Source: Amphiscolops sp. MND2022
Taxonomy: Eukaryota
NCBI GenBank assembly: GCA_964187785.1
Contig: OZ076409.1
Span: 86,926,001-86,990,000 of the forward strand
Length of the DNA: 64,000 nt
Direction of reading: 5' to 3'
Of the stretch, positions 27,725 to 39,695 are shown in pieces. Every line of letters begins with the position of its first letter. Positions within the stretch are counted from its first letter, which is position 1. The position numbers were made by a program, and so were the translations under genes. A model generated the notes under the pieces. It saw only the letters and a list, made by a program, of their open reading frames with translations, searched no databases and was not told where the DNA came from.

Positions 27725-27941
27725 TGATTGGGTTGCAACATTCTTCTGATTTACACAAGTGAAGTGAGTGTGAAACCTTGTACAGTAGCCTACCAAAAGT
27801 TTGCGCATACCGATCTCAACAAATCTCAAACAACTGCTGTGCTTGAACTTTTGAAAGGCTACGGTAGAAAGGAAAAATTACTTAAATGAGTGCACATAGC
27901 ATCTTCATCACATGGATTCTTTTCAACCCATGTGTTGTATT

Positions 27942-28051
27942 ACGGAAGAAAATGCAGCAAAAACCTTACAGCTCAGAATTGATTTGATTAAGGTCATGAC
28001 CTTAATCAAGTCAAAGCTGAGCCGTAAGGTTTTTGCTGCATTTTCTTCCGT
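27942..28051. repeat. ~110-bp near-perfect palindrome abutting the left end of element A
   Basis: acggaagaaaatgcagcaaaaaccttac...gtaaggtttttgctgcattttcttccgt, centred on GGTCATGACC (27992-28001). Confidence 0.95.
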
Positions 28052-28733
28052 TTATAGCGGACTGCAGTAAACCAGCAACAGCATTCTCATTGGTTAGAGA
28101 TAACAGCCACACAACAGCCAGCAAAATAGAAATGTCCTGAAGAATTAGAACCACTTGACAAACAATAAACTGCTAACTTAAACAAAACGCCCCTTAATCT
28201 TAACAAGCCAAGTGTCCCATAACAAAAACAATCTTTCTTCTAAATAGTACATTTCTGATACAAGTTAATTCATTTTAATATAAACTTACAATTTTATGTC
28301 CTCAAGCTTCTTCTTATTTATTAAAACGAACACGTCTCTTCCCCAAATTTCCCTCGAGTTTCCCTCGAAAATAAACCCAAACGTAAACCCTCCGGGGCTT
28401 GTTTAATTATAAATTACTAACCTGTCGCCGCCTGTCTGACCCGTGCCAGTTGTCAACTTGCAGTTTATTCTTCGCCCCAGTTTACTAACACAATCGCTTC
28501 AACTACCAGAAATGTTAGTCGGGTTTTCTTACTCTTTAATTTAAAGTATTTCAAACTTTAGTAAAAAAGTAAAAAAAAAGTTAAAAAAAGTAATTTTTAC
28601 AAACAAGAACAATCTCTAGCAAATAACTAACCTTAGTAAATTTAGACTTTTAAGACAACCGTCCACACATCCGAAATAGTAAATAAGCTAGCTTCTGTGC
28701 ATCAATCTAGCAACAATAGTCACGATTGTTAAA
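28051..28733 (+). repeat. Element A 5' LTR
   Basis: Matches 40795-41452 with roughly 20 substitutions (by-eye count) plus an A-rich ~25-bp indel near 28560-28590; ends TTTA...TAAA. Confidence 0.95.
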
Positions 28734-28734
28734 T

Positions 28735-28752
28735 TGGTGACAGGAGTGGGAT
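28735..28752 (+). promoter_or_regulatory. Primer binding site, probably tRNA-Leu
   Basis: TGGTGACAGGAGTGGGAT 1 nt after the LTR; one difference from the tRNA-Leu(CAG)-type PBS TGGTGTCAGGAGTGGGAT as I recall it. Confidence 0.8.
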
Positions 28753-29168
28753 TGTTCTTGTTTTCGTAGGCTAAAATTGACTTAGTTTAACGTGACTTGG
28801 CTTTTCAAAATTTCTCTTCTCCAGTTTCCATTTTTTTGTTGCTCTGCCATTAAGATCCTTTTCTCGAGACTTGTCTCGTGCTAGTGCTAGTTTGTGCTCA
28901 ACTAGCTAACCCACAAACCATGCACAGGTTGTGTAGGGCGCATAAGTTAAGAAAATCAAATGAGCACGGGCGAATAAACAAATTTCGTAAAACCTTCGTC
29001 CAACAAAAGGTTAGTTTAGTGTGAATTGATTCTTCGAGCAACTAATCAATAATAGTGTTCGAAATTACTCCATAACCTGTTAATTTCGCCCCCGTCACAG
29101 CTATTTAAAGCTGAAAATTTTTGCAAAGTGAAAGCGCAGACCCCCCCAATCTTTCAAATTGAAATTAA

Positions 29169-30639
29169 TTGCCATTTTTTTCGACCCGTATTATGTTCCA
29201 TAATCATACTAACCAACTACCCCTATTCTTAGTAAACCGTACTACCCCCAGCGAACCCCCACCTCGGTATATACGTCGTGATCGCAAATTTTTCGATTTT
29301 GACAACAATCTACTCTGTTTGGCCTCCGTCTTAGTCAGTTGCGTTCTACTTTTGCTTATTATGATTGTGTTAGGCCAAATTTTTAATTTCCATCAACTAG
29401 AACGTGCTGCCGCAAATATAAACGGCGCAAAAAAAGAACAATAATTTCTGTCCAATGCCAATCACGTATAGCTTTCTTTTTGTTGACGAAGCAAATCCTC
29501 ACAATCCCAACAGCTGCTATCCGTGTTTCTTTTGCCAAGTCGAGCGTTTCAAACTGTCTGAACATCTCGTTAAGTATCCGGAACACGCCAGTAACTTAAC
29601 GGGCAACCTCAATCAATTGTATCTTGCTTTTCTAGCCCTTCATTGCACTGAACACGATACTCAATCGTTACCTCAGCCCGCGAAAAAGATTGTTTCATTG
29701 AGCCGGTTGCAGGTTGCATCCACGCACACTTTTCTATTTCCGCCTCGCCAGGGAGTGGATCGAAAGTTTAGTCGTTGTTGATGCAAAACTAAAACTCAAA
29801 GTTCTGCGCCAAGGCGTTGCTCAGCTATAACTTCGAAAACCAGCCCACAAAAACTCTTTTTAGACATTGTCGTTCGCTCTTTCATGGGCTCTTTTGTAAT
29901 TTATCTTTCACAACTAGCAAATACGTCACGTGCACCCTTCATTTTTCCTTGCTACCACTGTCAATTAGTCCAGTACAAAATACCGTTGAATTACCGGCCC
30001 CTTCATACTTTAACGTTATCCCCTGCCAGTCCCCTGTTGCAATTACATTTTAAATTGGATGATTTGCATTTCGAACACCACCCCACTAGTTCATCGACAT
30101 TTTGGACTCAGAAAACTGACATTCAGCAGCTAGCAAGCCTTTCCTCTAACCGTGAAAACTTTTTCCAGCTTCTAAACCAACAGTGGATAACAAATTTAGA
30201 AATTTTATGCTTGTTTTTGGCTGAACCTGGTAGCCCTTCTGTTACGGTCACAAATAAGCGAACTTTCGTTGTTGACTGTTTCGCCCTCGACACCGATATC
30301 TGATCGAACACTAGTACAAGCGGAATAACAAAGTTTATGCCAGTTTTTGATATTCAGAACGAGGACGACGAACATTTGGTAAACTTTTTGTGGAATTCGC
30401 CTGAAAACGGTCTTTTGTACATCAATAGAATTGTTTGAAACGGGTACGGTGATCCAATTAAGCTAACTGGAATAAAAATTGAAGAAAACGGTTTGAGGGA
30501 TCTGTATCTCGAAGTTTTTCCCGACTCGCCCAGCTGGAAAAGTTTAGGACGACGATTAACGGACTACCAAGCATTCTATCGTGGTCACGCAATCGCTCAA
30601 CACATTTTTGGTGAACTCAGGGACTACACCGATCCATAA
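29169..30639 (+). other. Cluster of four small ORFs upstream of gag in element A (29169-29444, 29455-29781, 29884-30303, 30337-30639)
   Basis: Closely packed sense ORFs: one with a hydrophobic TM-like stretch, two with related (Y/F)PCxxCQ motifs, one of 100 codons with an internal TGA at 30436. Confidence 0.5.
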
Positions 30640-30688
30640 CTGTTAGTACGCTCTTCTACGGCATCTTCACAACCAATAGCAAGTAACA

Positions 30689-32063
30689 ATGACCGACTCT
30701 GGACTTGATCGAAAAAACAACGCCGAAAACAGATGCGGGCAACGCAAATCACAAACCACTGATTCATCTACACCAGGGAATAAGGGAACTTCTCCACCAT
30801 TTACGGTGCTGGTACGTCTTTTCGGACAAACCAAGGCACTAGACATGTGCCACCTCACATGAACTACCCACACTCATTGCTTTCTTGCCTGATGCCTGAA
30901 GCTTTCAATGGCTCTGGTGATTTCGAAGACTACTTACAGCAATTCAATACATGTGCACAACTTTCCGGCTGGTACCAATCCGGAGGGGATGATTTGCGTC
31001 CTCAATACTTTGCATTGCGCTTGAAAGGCGATGCTCTGCACTTTTTCTCCACGCTGAACTATGATCAACAGAATTCGTTTGACGGACTAGTTGAAGCTTT
31101 TCGCCAAAGCTATACCACGAATGTAGACATTTTGAAAGCTCGTCTCAAAGCTTCGAAACAACAACCCGGACAGGATATCGCCACGTTTCTCTGTGACGTT
31201 CGCACTTCAGCTTGTCGAGCCTACCGCGATCATCCTCATTTGATTGAGCAAACTGTTTTGACTAGCTTCATCGAATGTCTTAGCAATTCCACTCTTCGAT
31301 GGGAACTACGCAAAGCTCGACCATATTCATCTGATGCTGCATTGACTCTGGCCATACAACTCAACTCCTATCGCGAATTGGAAGGCATAAATAGTGGCTC
31401 GAGCACCAATACTACAAACGCATCGAAGACTAACATCAAGCAGATCGTCAACCCCGCCATGCATGCAAACACTGTTGTGTTTGATGAGTTTGTATGCGCA
31501 CTCAAACAAAACGGAGAGTTCAATCGATCTTCGAATGACCAAAACTCTAACCACCGTTCTAGAAACGAACGTCGTGACTATGATCGTGGCAGAGATGAGC
31601 GTAATCGTGATTCCTCTCGTGACAAGAACAGGAACCAGTATCGAGATAAGTCCCAAGACTGTGATCGTAGTAATTACCGAAACAACCGCAATGATAGCTA
31701 CTATGACAGTCGTGACAATTCACGCAGTCTTTACGGCCAAAGACACGATTTCAACAATCGAAAGAGCAATGGCGATAAATGCGTTCGTTCCGATTCCCGC
31801 GAACGCAGCAATTCGCGCGAAAGAGATCGCCGCCATGATGATGACTACAGAAGTTCACAACGTACTAACTCTCCCTACAGACGCAACGAAGCCCTGAAAA
31901 ACGACAAGACAGCAGCCAATACTCAATGAATCGTTATGATCCTTGCTGACATTGTCAACGAACCAACAATGCATCACGTGGTTGCAAAGCCTGCTTCAAC
32001 TACCATCGAATCGGACATCGCAGCCGCGACTGTCGCGCCCCAAGGCGTAACACTTTAAACTAG
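30689..32063 (+). pseudogene. gag: Element A gag (frameshifted)
   Basis: PEAFNGSGDFEDYLQQF capsid-like start, R/D/N/S-rich region, remnants of CCHC knuckles at ~31940-32035, TAG at 32061. Confidence 0.85.
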
Positions 32064-32102
32064 AATCGTCTACGCAAGCGGGTCAACGCGCAGACAACGA
32101 TC
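32054..32102 (+). promoter_or_regulatory. Putative -1 ribosomal frameshift signal (gag-pol) of element A
   Basis: Slippery heptamer TTTAAAC (32054-32060) directly before the gag stop, followed by stem gtctacgc/gcgcagac. Confidence 0.65.
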
Positions 32103-35100
32103 ATAGAAATGACCCCAATAAACATTTCACCTTGAACTCGGTGGTAGACCCACAGAGCGTATTCGTAAAAATGCAAGTCTTTGAACACACTATTGAAGCG
32201 GTGTGTGACTGTGGTGCAAACGTGTCATGCCTAAGTCCGAAAATCCTTGAAACTCTCAAATCGAAAAACAAAATTGAACTTCGAACCTGTGACCGCAAGC
32301 TCCGTGCAGCAAATGGTCTACCTATTGAAGTCAGAGGCGTAATTCGTGTCCCAGTCAAGCTCGGAACTAACCTATACGTTAGTTTTTTTGCGTGCTGGAG
32401 CGGTCTGAAGCAGATTGTCTGCTTGGATTGGACTTTCTAGAGAAAAACAAATGCGATCCACTTTTCTCACGAATGGAACTCAAGTTAGACTGCGGAAATT
32501 CGGTTCCCTTATACCACAAGAAGTTTGAAGACTACGGTGTTGACACTATTTTTCGGGTAGTTGCCTCAGAAACATTATCGGTGCCTCCTGGCCATGTGAC
32601 ACTCATACCAGATCATATTCCTAGTTTTAAACGTCCTCCGATACCACTCTGTGAGCTTTCAGAAACCAATGAGCTTTCAGCTCCGAACGTTCTCTTCGAT
32701 CTCTCCGAAGAAATTATTCCGATAGCCATCGACAATCGTACCGAAAACGACATTACATTTTACAAAGACACGACTCTCGGGTTCTCTGAAATCGTGCCCC
32801 CCGCAGTTTTGAATAGCATCACGAACGAAGAAGCGCCATTAAAGATGACGCCCCTTAAACCTGACAAATACGATTTGGATCGTGTGAAGAAATCGGTTAA
32901 ATGCCCGATTCCACGAGAATGCCAAGAACAATTTGCTCTTCTCGTCGATGATTTTCAAGATTTTTTTTTCGAAAACCGAATGGGATTTGGGAAAGTGTGA
33001 TGTAACCCAACATCGCATCGAACTCGAGCCGAGCTCGCTACCCGTCAAAATTCCATGCAGACGCATGCTTCTGCATTACAAAGAAGATCTTCAGAATAAA
33101 ATCGATGTGTTTCTAGAGAAAGAACTCATCACGCGGTGTCACAGCCATACAGCGCTCCCGCAAGGATTGTCCCTAAAAAGAACGGCAAGCTTCGTCTCGT
33201 CATTGACTACCGCCAACTTAATCGACAGACTATCAAGTCTAGCTGGCCCATTCCGTCTATAGAGGAAATTTTCAACACCCTAGAAGGAAGTGCATGTTTC
33301 ACATCCATTGACAAGTCAGCTGGCTTCTATCATGTCCCCTTAGAAGAGAAAAGCCAAGATTATACTGCCTTTAGTACCCCGCTTGGATCATTCAAGTGGC
33401 TTGTCATGCCCATGGGACTAACAGGAAGTCCTCCAACCTTCCAATGCCTTGTTGAAAAAGTTTTAATTGGTCTCACCTGGAAAGTCTGCATGTCCTACAA
33501 TGATGACATCAATGTTTTTTCCAAAAACACCTGAACAACACCTTCAACGTCTGAAAATGGTTTTTGAACGCTTTTGGGCAGCAAACCTGAAAATCAATCC
33601 GTCTAAATGTGATTTCTTCCGCACTCAGGTACCATTTCTTGGACACATAGTCAGTAAGGAAGGTCTGCAAGCTGACCCCAGTAAAGTCGAGGCCGTTAAA
33701 ACATTTCCAATTCCCAAAAATCAGACCGAGGTCAAAACTTTCCTTGGTTTAGCTTCATATTACTGACGTTTCGTTCCCAATGTTGCTGAAATTGCTCGTC
33801 CCCTCCATAAAGCATCTGAAACTTCATCATAGTTCTCCTGGAATACGGATGCTCAATATGCTTTTGAGTTGTTGAAACAGAAACTGACTTCTACACCCGT
33901 TCTAGCGTTTCCATGTCTTTCTGAGCCTTTCATACTGTACACCGATGCAAGTCATTTTGCCTTGGGCGCAGTTCTGGCCCAAGTACAGGAATGTAAAGAA
34001 CGCGCTATTTGTTATGCGTCAAGAACACTTTCTCGAGCCCAATCGAAATACTCACCAACCCGCCGCGAACTTCTAGCCCTTGTAACTTTCACCCGCCATG
34101 CCATTTTCGACATTACCTGCTTGGTCGCAAATTCACACTTGTGACTGATCATAGTGCACTTCAGTGGCTACACAACTTCAATGATAAGGATGGAATCACC
34201 ACCCAGTGGATTGAAAAATTAGATGCTTTCGACTACGACGTCCGGCATCGTCCGGGAAAATCAATTGGTCATGCCGATGGCCTATCACGGATCCCTCCAG
34301 CGTTCGTCAATGGTGTAGCTGAAGACTTCTCCTCAGACACCGAGTCTGAATGCTCAGATGACTGGGCTGAACGAGAGGCCGCAAGAATTGCAGAGATCAT
34401 TGGTCCTACCAATCCTGGGACTGAAACTGATAATGAGCATTACAAAAAACTAGTGGGAAATGTACTTGATGCGAACACGTCGATTGCCCATTGTGTATCC
34501 GCTGACTTTGCTATCACCAGAACACTCGCCCAGCGTCTCCTCAACCTTTATCCAACCAATTACCCAACTAACCTAGAGCACACAATCCAACCTATTTGGC
34601 CTCAATGGATTCCTCAGACAAGGCGTTACACCTATCACTTAATCACACGTCAAAACACCACTCAGAAAATGACCTATGGCACATTACGCGCTTCTCTCGA
34701 GTTTATGCGAGTCCACGCTACAATGAACGGCGTTTGTGCCATTAACTTACCCTGCATAGGAGGAGGCTTAGAACGACTTGATTGGGATTTGGTCCGACAG
34801 CTGATCGAGGAGACATTCCGTGGTTGCAGCATCCAAATAATTGTTTATTTCATGGAGCCACCCAAACCAACCGCTAGTTCTACGCCCCCTGATTACATTC
34901 AAGCCAGTCCTTTGGCCAATGCTCAGAGAGCCGACGAGACACTCAAACACGTTCGTCGTTGGGTCAAAAACAATGAAATCCCCACCAGTACAGATTTACA
35001 GGGCCTTCCACGGCTGGGATGGCAAATGTACAACCAACTGGACAATCTGTACATCAGCAATGACGTTCTGTGTCGCAAACTCTATCCCCGAAATGAACAT

Positions 35101-36863
35101 CCACCGTATCTCCAACAAATAGTTCCTCCTTCGCTTGTCTCGGAAGTTATTACTTCCATGCATGACTCTCTCGCCTCTGGCAATTTGGGTGTCTTCAAAA
35201 CTATTGAGAAAATCCGTGAACGTTTCTATTAGCCTGGCTTCAAAGATGATGTCAAACTGCACATTCAACAATTCGACAAACGCCAAAAGCGAGCCAATCC
35301 ACCGAAAACTCATCGACATTTGCTCGTTGATTGGCGTGTGAGCTACTCTTTTCACCACATCAGTATCGATTTCCTCGGACCTTTACCCTCATCCAATGGT
35401 AACCGTCACATCCTCTTGATCGGTGATCACTTCATCAAATGGTACGAAGCCGTACCTTTGCCCAATTGGACGACACAGACGACAGCCGATGCGCTCTTGC
35501 AACACTGGATCTGTCGCTTCGGATGTCCCCACAGCATCCATACTGATCGAGGACCTAACTTCGAATCTGCACTGTTCACAACATTGTTGCAGCGATTAGA
35601 AATTGACAAGACGAGGACAACAGCCTTCCACCCACAATCCAATGCAGTCTGTGAAAGGATGAACCGCACCCTATTAGTATGTTAGCTAAGTGCGTTGATG
35701 AGGACCAACAGAATTGGTCACAGCAGTTACCATATGTCCTAATGGCAAATCGCTCCTCTGTTCATGAATCAACAGGATACACCCCGCACTTCTTAGTTTT
35801 CGGTACAGAAACGTCACTACCACTCGACCTGATGTTCTCACCACCCAACAGTGACGACCCCACTACAGTGCACGACTTCGTCCAAAATAGAAACGATGCT
35901 TTTCGTAAAGCATACGAACTTGTTCGTAAAAGCAGTACAGCTCAACAGCGTCGACGCAACGCTTTGTACAACAAACGTGTACACGGTCCGACATACCAAG
36001 AGCATGAAATGGTCCTCTGGCATTACCCTGTTGTCAAAGCAGGACGAAGCCCAAAATTAGCCAGCCCATGGCGAGGACCGTATCAAATCATCAAATGCTT
36101 GAGTGATGTAAATTATTTGATTGAAGAAGTCAGCACTAAAAAGCAACAAATAGTCCATTATGACCGACTGAAGCGTTATCACGGAACGTCTGCAGCTTTG
36201 ACTAATGTCCCTGAACGCAACGTCACTACATCTGAAATCCACAACGAACCGCTGGGAAGATGTGACGTTGATGACCATGAGGACTGTGAGTCCTACTTTG
36301 CTCCATTTCCCAACGCCTACCCTGAACCTTTGCAACAACCAACAATGCAAGTTTCCCCTAGCTCTAACTCCGTCCCCACCTGTGCCACATCCGTGCCACA
36401 ACAGCAGACGCCCACTGCTGTCCCTTCAGCCTTCACACCCTGGCAGCCCGAGCTGCATACTAACTCTCTTCATCAACCCTCCGTGACTGAATTCCCTCAA
36501 CCAATTTTCAGTTCACCACTTCGTTCAGAAGTTTGCGATGATCTAACTTCGACTGCTACTTTAGACTCTCTTATTACTAATGCTGCTCGCAATTTGAAGC
36601 GTACACACACTGTACCCAATCAAACTCGTTCTTCCTTTTCGGAGCATTCGACTACCAACAATGCTGATTTAACGTCTGCCCGGCCAGCGACGTCCAAGTC
36701 AACGACGACTTCACCTGAATTCCCACAACAGACTCGGACTTTTCGACAGAGTACACAAAATCAGAGAAACGCTGCTCCGCTTTATAAAGCCAAAATCCCC
36801 AATTCTTTTACTGAGTTTGTTAGTCAACGAAGTAGCACGAAAACTTCTGGCAAGAAGTGCTAA
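32064..36863 (+). pseudogene. pol: Element A pol: protease, RT, RNase H, macrodomain, integrase with GPY/F module and S/T/P-rich tail
   Basis: VCDCGANVS (protease), LRLVIDYRQLN and YNDD (RT), YTDAS and TDHSAL (RNase H), IDFLG..HTDRGPNF..CERMN (integrase), PWRGPY; broken by stops and frameshifts. Confidence 0.93.
34438..34853 (+). other. TARG1/OARD1-type macrodomain within element A pol
   Basis: GNVL..SIAHCVSAD..RYTYHLIT..TYGTLRASLEFMRVH..LPCIGGGLERLDW..IEETF..IIVY is colinear with TARG1 GDLF..SLAHCISED..RYIYYLITK..TYENLQKSLEAM..MPRIGCGLDRLQW..IEEVF..ITVY. Confidence 0.9.
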
Positions 36864-36947
36864 CAACACTAACAAACTACTTCTGCACATCCGCTTCTCT
36901 GCACTACACCCTCTGTACTACTGCTTGACGTGTTTAGAATTCGAAGA

Positions 36948-39331
36948 ATGTCTACTTTGACTCAATATTCCTTCTTCATCCCCCTTTTCGTATTCTGCCG
37001 TCTAGTCTCGAGCTCCTATGACGCGCAACATGTACAACACCAACATCAACAAAGACGAAACCCCGGTCTTCAAAAAGGGAGCCGCGTTTGTCTTCAAATA
37101 CCAGGCTGTCACTTCGGAAAGTGAAAGCAAAGTTCGAGTGTTTTCGCCATTCCCTGAGATTCCGGCAATCAACTTGACAGATGCGCACACCATATTGCAG
37201 ACTAGAGGACACTCTATTACGCTCACCGGAATGGACACTGTCAAGTTATGCAAAACGGCCAGGATGGGTGAGGCCTTTGAACTCTTGTTCAACGAACTTG
37301 AAGCAAAACTGACTCTACTGGAGCAGGAAATACGAGACGCACACAAAGATAAAACGGAGTTACTCCGGGTGGCGAAATCGTTTCTGCCACAGGAACCATG
37401 AAACGTGGACCATAGAGGAAAAAGAGCCCATGGTCTAATAGCGGCAGCCGCAGGAGCTGCGGGTCTGGTGTTAGGTGACCCAGTCAAAGAGGCTGCATGT
37501 TCAGCACTCTCAATTTTTAGCCTATGCACTGACAATAAAGCCCTTGAGGCTGATGTTCGCAATATGATGAGACACCAGCAAGCACTGCAAGACACTCTGA
37601 CGAGAGTGCAGACAAAGAATGACAGAAAATTCTTCCTATTGGAAACTGAGATAAAAAGCACTCAAGAAAGTGTTGCAAAGATAAGAGAAGTTGTAGGTAC
37701 TCACCTCAAAACCCTCGAGAATGACATAATCAACATAAAAGGCACCTTGTCTACTCTGCATGAATGCTATTCACACATAACCCGGAATGTGGTCATCGCG
37801 CAGCAAATTCGTGATTACATTGGACAATTAGACACCTTTTACACGCACGTAAAAAGTCTTCGAGCAGCATGTTACACCTATAAAATTTCCCTGTTTTCCA
37901 CAATTTCCTCCCTTGCCGCTGGATATGTTACACCACAGTTTTTACTCCCCGACCAACTTGCCGCCATAGTCCGAGAACTGTCCAATGATGAGATCCTCCG
38001 TGGCACGGAAACTTTCTCCCGCAATCCGTGTTGGGCAGGAAGCTATCTATTATGAAATACAGATGGTTTTGGAAGTATCATTTTTACCTACTGGCATTTC
38101 AGTTGTCCTTGTTGTTCCCATGAACTCTACGTCTTCTACTTTTAACGTTTATCACGCCACTCCTTTGTTCCAACCTAACGACGATCTCACCACTGCTTCT
38201 ATATATCAGCTTGCACAGCCTTTTTTAGCCATTTCTACAGATAATACACAATTAGCAGAACTTGAAGCGTCAACATTGCAACAATGCTCTGGTAATAACC
38301 GTATTAAATTGTGCCGCAAAGGTTTTTCTACTACTTCTGATGATACATTACTTTGTTTATCCTCATTGTTCTATAACTATGACGTCGCATCTATTCGTAA
38401 CTGTAAAGTGGAATCTGTTCTTTTACCAGATGCTCCGCAAGCTTTTTATCTAGCAGATGGCATGTATCAAATCATTTCTCGTCATTCTTCTCTTCACATG
38501 AAAAATGATAGTCGCACTGCTGGTCTCTCTGTTCAAACGCTTTCTTGCCACGCTTGCATCATCCACCCCAGCTGCACAAGCACCCTCTCCTTCAATCAGG
38601 GAGATCTTGTCCTAACACCCGACATGGATTTTTCCGAAGGTAAACCCCAGCCCCTCATAGCATCTATTCAATTAACTCCCTCTTTGGATCAAATCTTTCG
38701 TCATGTTCCTCAAGCATCCAGTCGTTTTTATGTTTATTCAATAGCCGAAGCTCGTCAGTCTGTTCTTAATAGTGTCCGTATGGAGCTTGCGGAATTGCCT
38801 AACGTTCAGCGTATGTCTCCGGAAACAATGGACGAACTAACACGACCCATCGCTCAATACTACTCCTCTATTTCTCCTGCTACTTCTGCTGCGTTATCAT
38901 CCTATCTCCCTACCAAAACTGCAGTTCTGTTGTCTCTCACCTCTATAACCATCTCATTGTTAACCTTTTGTGTCAGTTTCACTCTATTTCGTCGACAATG
39001 GGAACGCCTGTTCTCCCATCCTCACCAGTTCTTCCGTGATACCAATGGACGTTTTCTGCACATCATAGGTGACTCTTCTCAGCGGCCTCACGATGATGAT
39101 TCATCCTTCCTTTATCATTCCGTCAGTGAGTTCCATGCTTTGCAAGAACTGGCGCAAGAAACGTTACGACGACCTGTTCAACTTTCGACCTTCAACGCTT
39201 CTAACTATGCTACCACTAACCGTCTTACTTCTACTCTAACGCATGAAAGTTCAACACTCCCCCCCACTCTTCCCAACCGTGTTTACCCTCCTATTAGCGC
39301 ACCTATTTATAACACTTCAACCACACAATAA
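36948..39331 (+). pseudogene. env: Element A env: class I viral fusion glycoprotein-like (~790 codons; 2 frameshifts, 1 stop)
   Basis: Signal peptide MSTLTQYSFFIPLFVFCRLVSS, furin site RGKR (37414-37425), fusion peptide AHGLIAAAAGAAGLVLG, heptad repeats, Cys-rich domain, TM TAVLLSLTSITISLLTFCVSFTLF. Confidence 0.88.
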
Positions 39332-39367
39332 TACTTACACTATTAAACCAACAAATCTTCACTTCAA

Positions 39368-39505
39368 GTGATGCTCTGGAACGTGTTTCCGCGTTCATTT
39401 CAAACACCTCTTCACCTTGTGTGATGCCCCGGAACGTGTTTCCACGTTCATACTTTGCATAGTCATCACCTCGTGTGATGCAACCGCACGCATTTTTACG
39501 TTGCG
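39368..39505 (+). repeat. Three ~53-bp tandem repeats, each with stem-loop potential
   Basis: GTGATG starts at 39368, 39421 and 39475; unit 2 has a perfect GAACGTG-tttc-CACGTTC hairpin. Confidence 0.7.
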
Positions 39506-39695
39506 CTATTACTCTTCATCTGATGATGGTGCTCAGTGCACACCCTGTATTTGAAAACTCTGGACGACTGTCCTGCTCTTCGCATGTTTCCATGCTTTTC
39601 CGTATGATACCCTAGTCTGCGCTACTCCCCTCCCTTTTTGGTCTCTTAAGTATACTCTTTTTTGTTTTGATCATGCACGTTTTTTTATGTTTCAG

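Noticed and set aside
2117..37401. TGA reassigned to Trp/Sec (in-frame TGAs at 2117, 30436, 33764, 37399)
   Set aside because: TGG is used freely and TGA terminates host genes (15990, 26482). 33764 is a plain CGA-to-TGA change (YYRRF), and TAA/TAG lesions also occur in the decayed elements.
39520..39560. Hammerhead ribozyme core (CTGATGA...GAAA)
   Set aside because: Stem II does not close directly between the two core motifs, and I could not form stems I and III.
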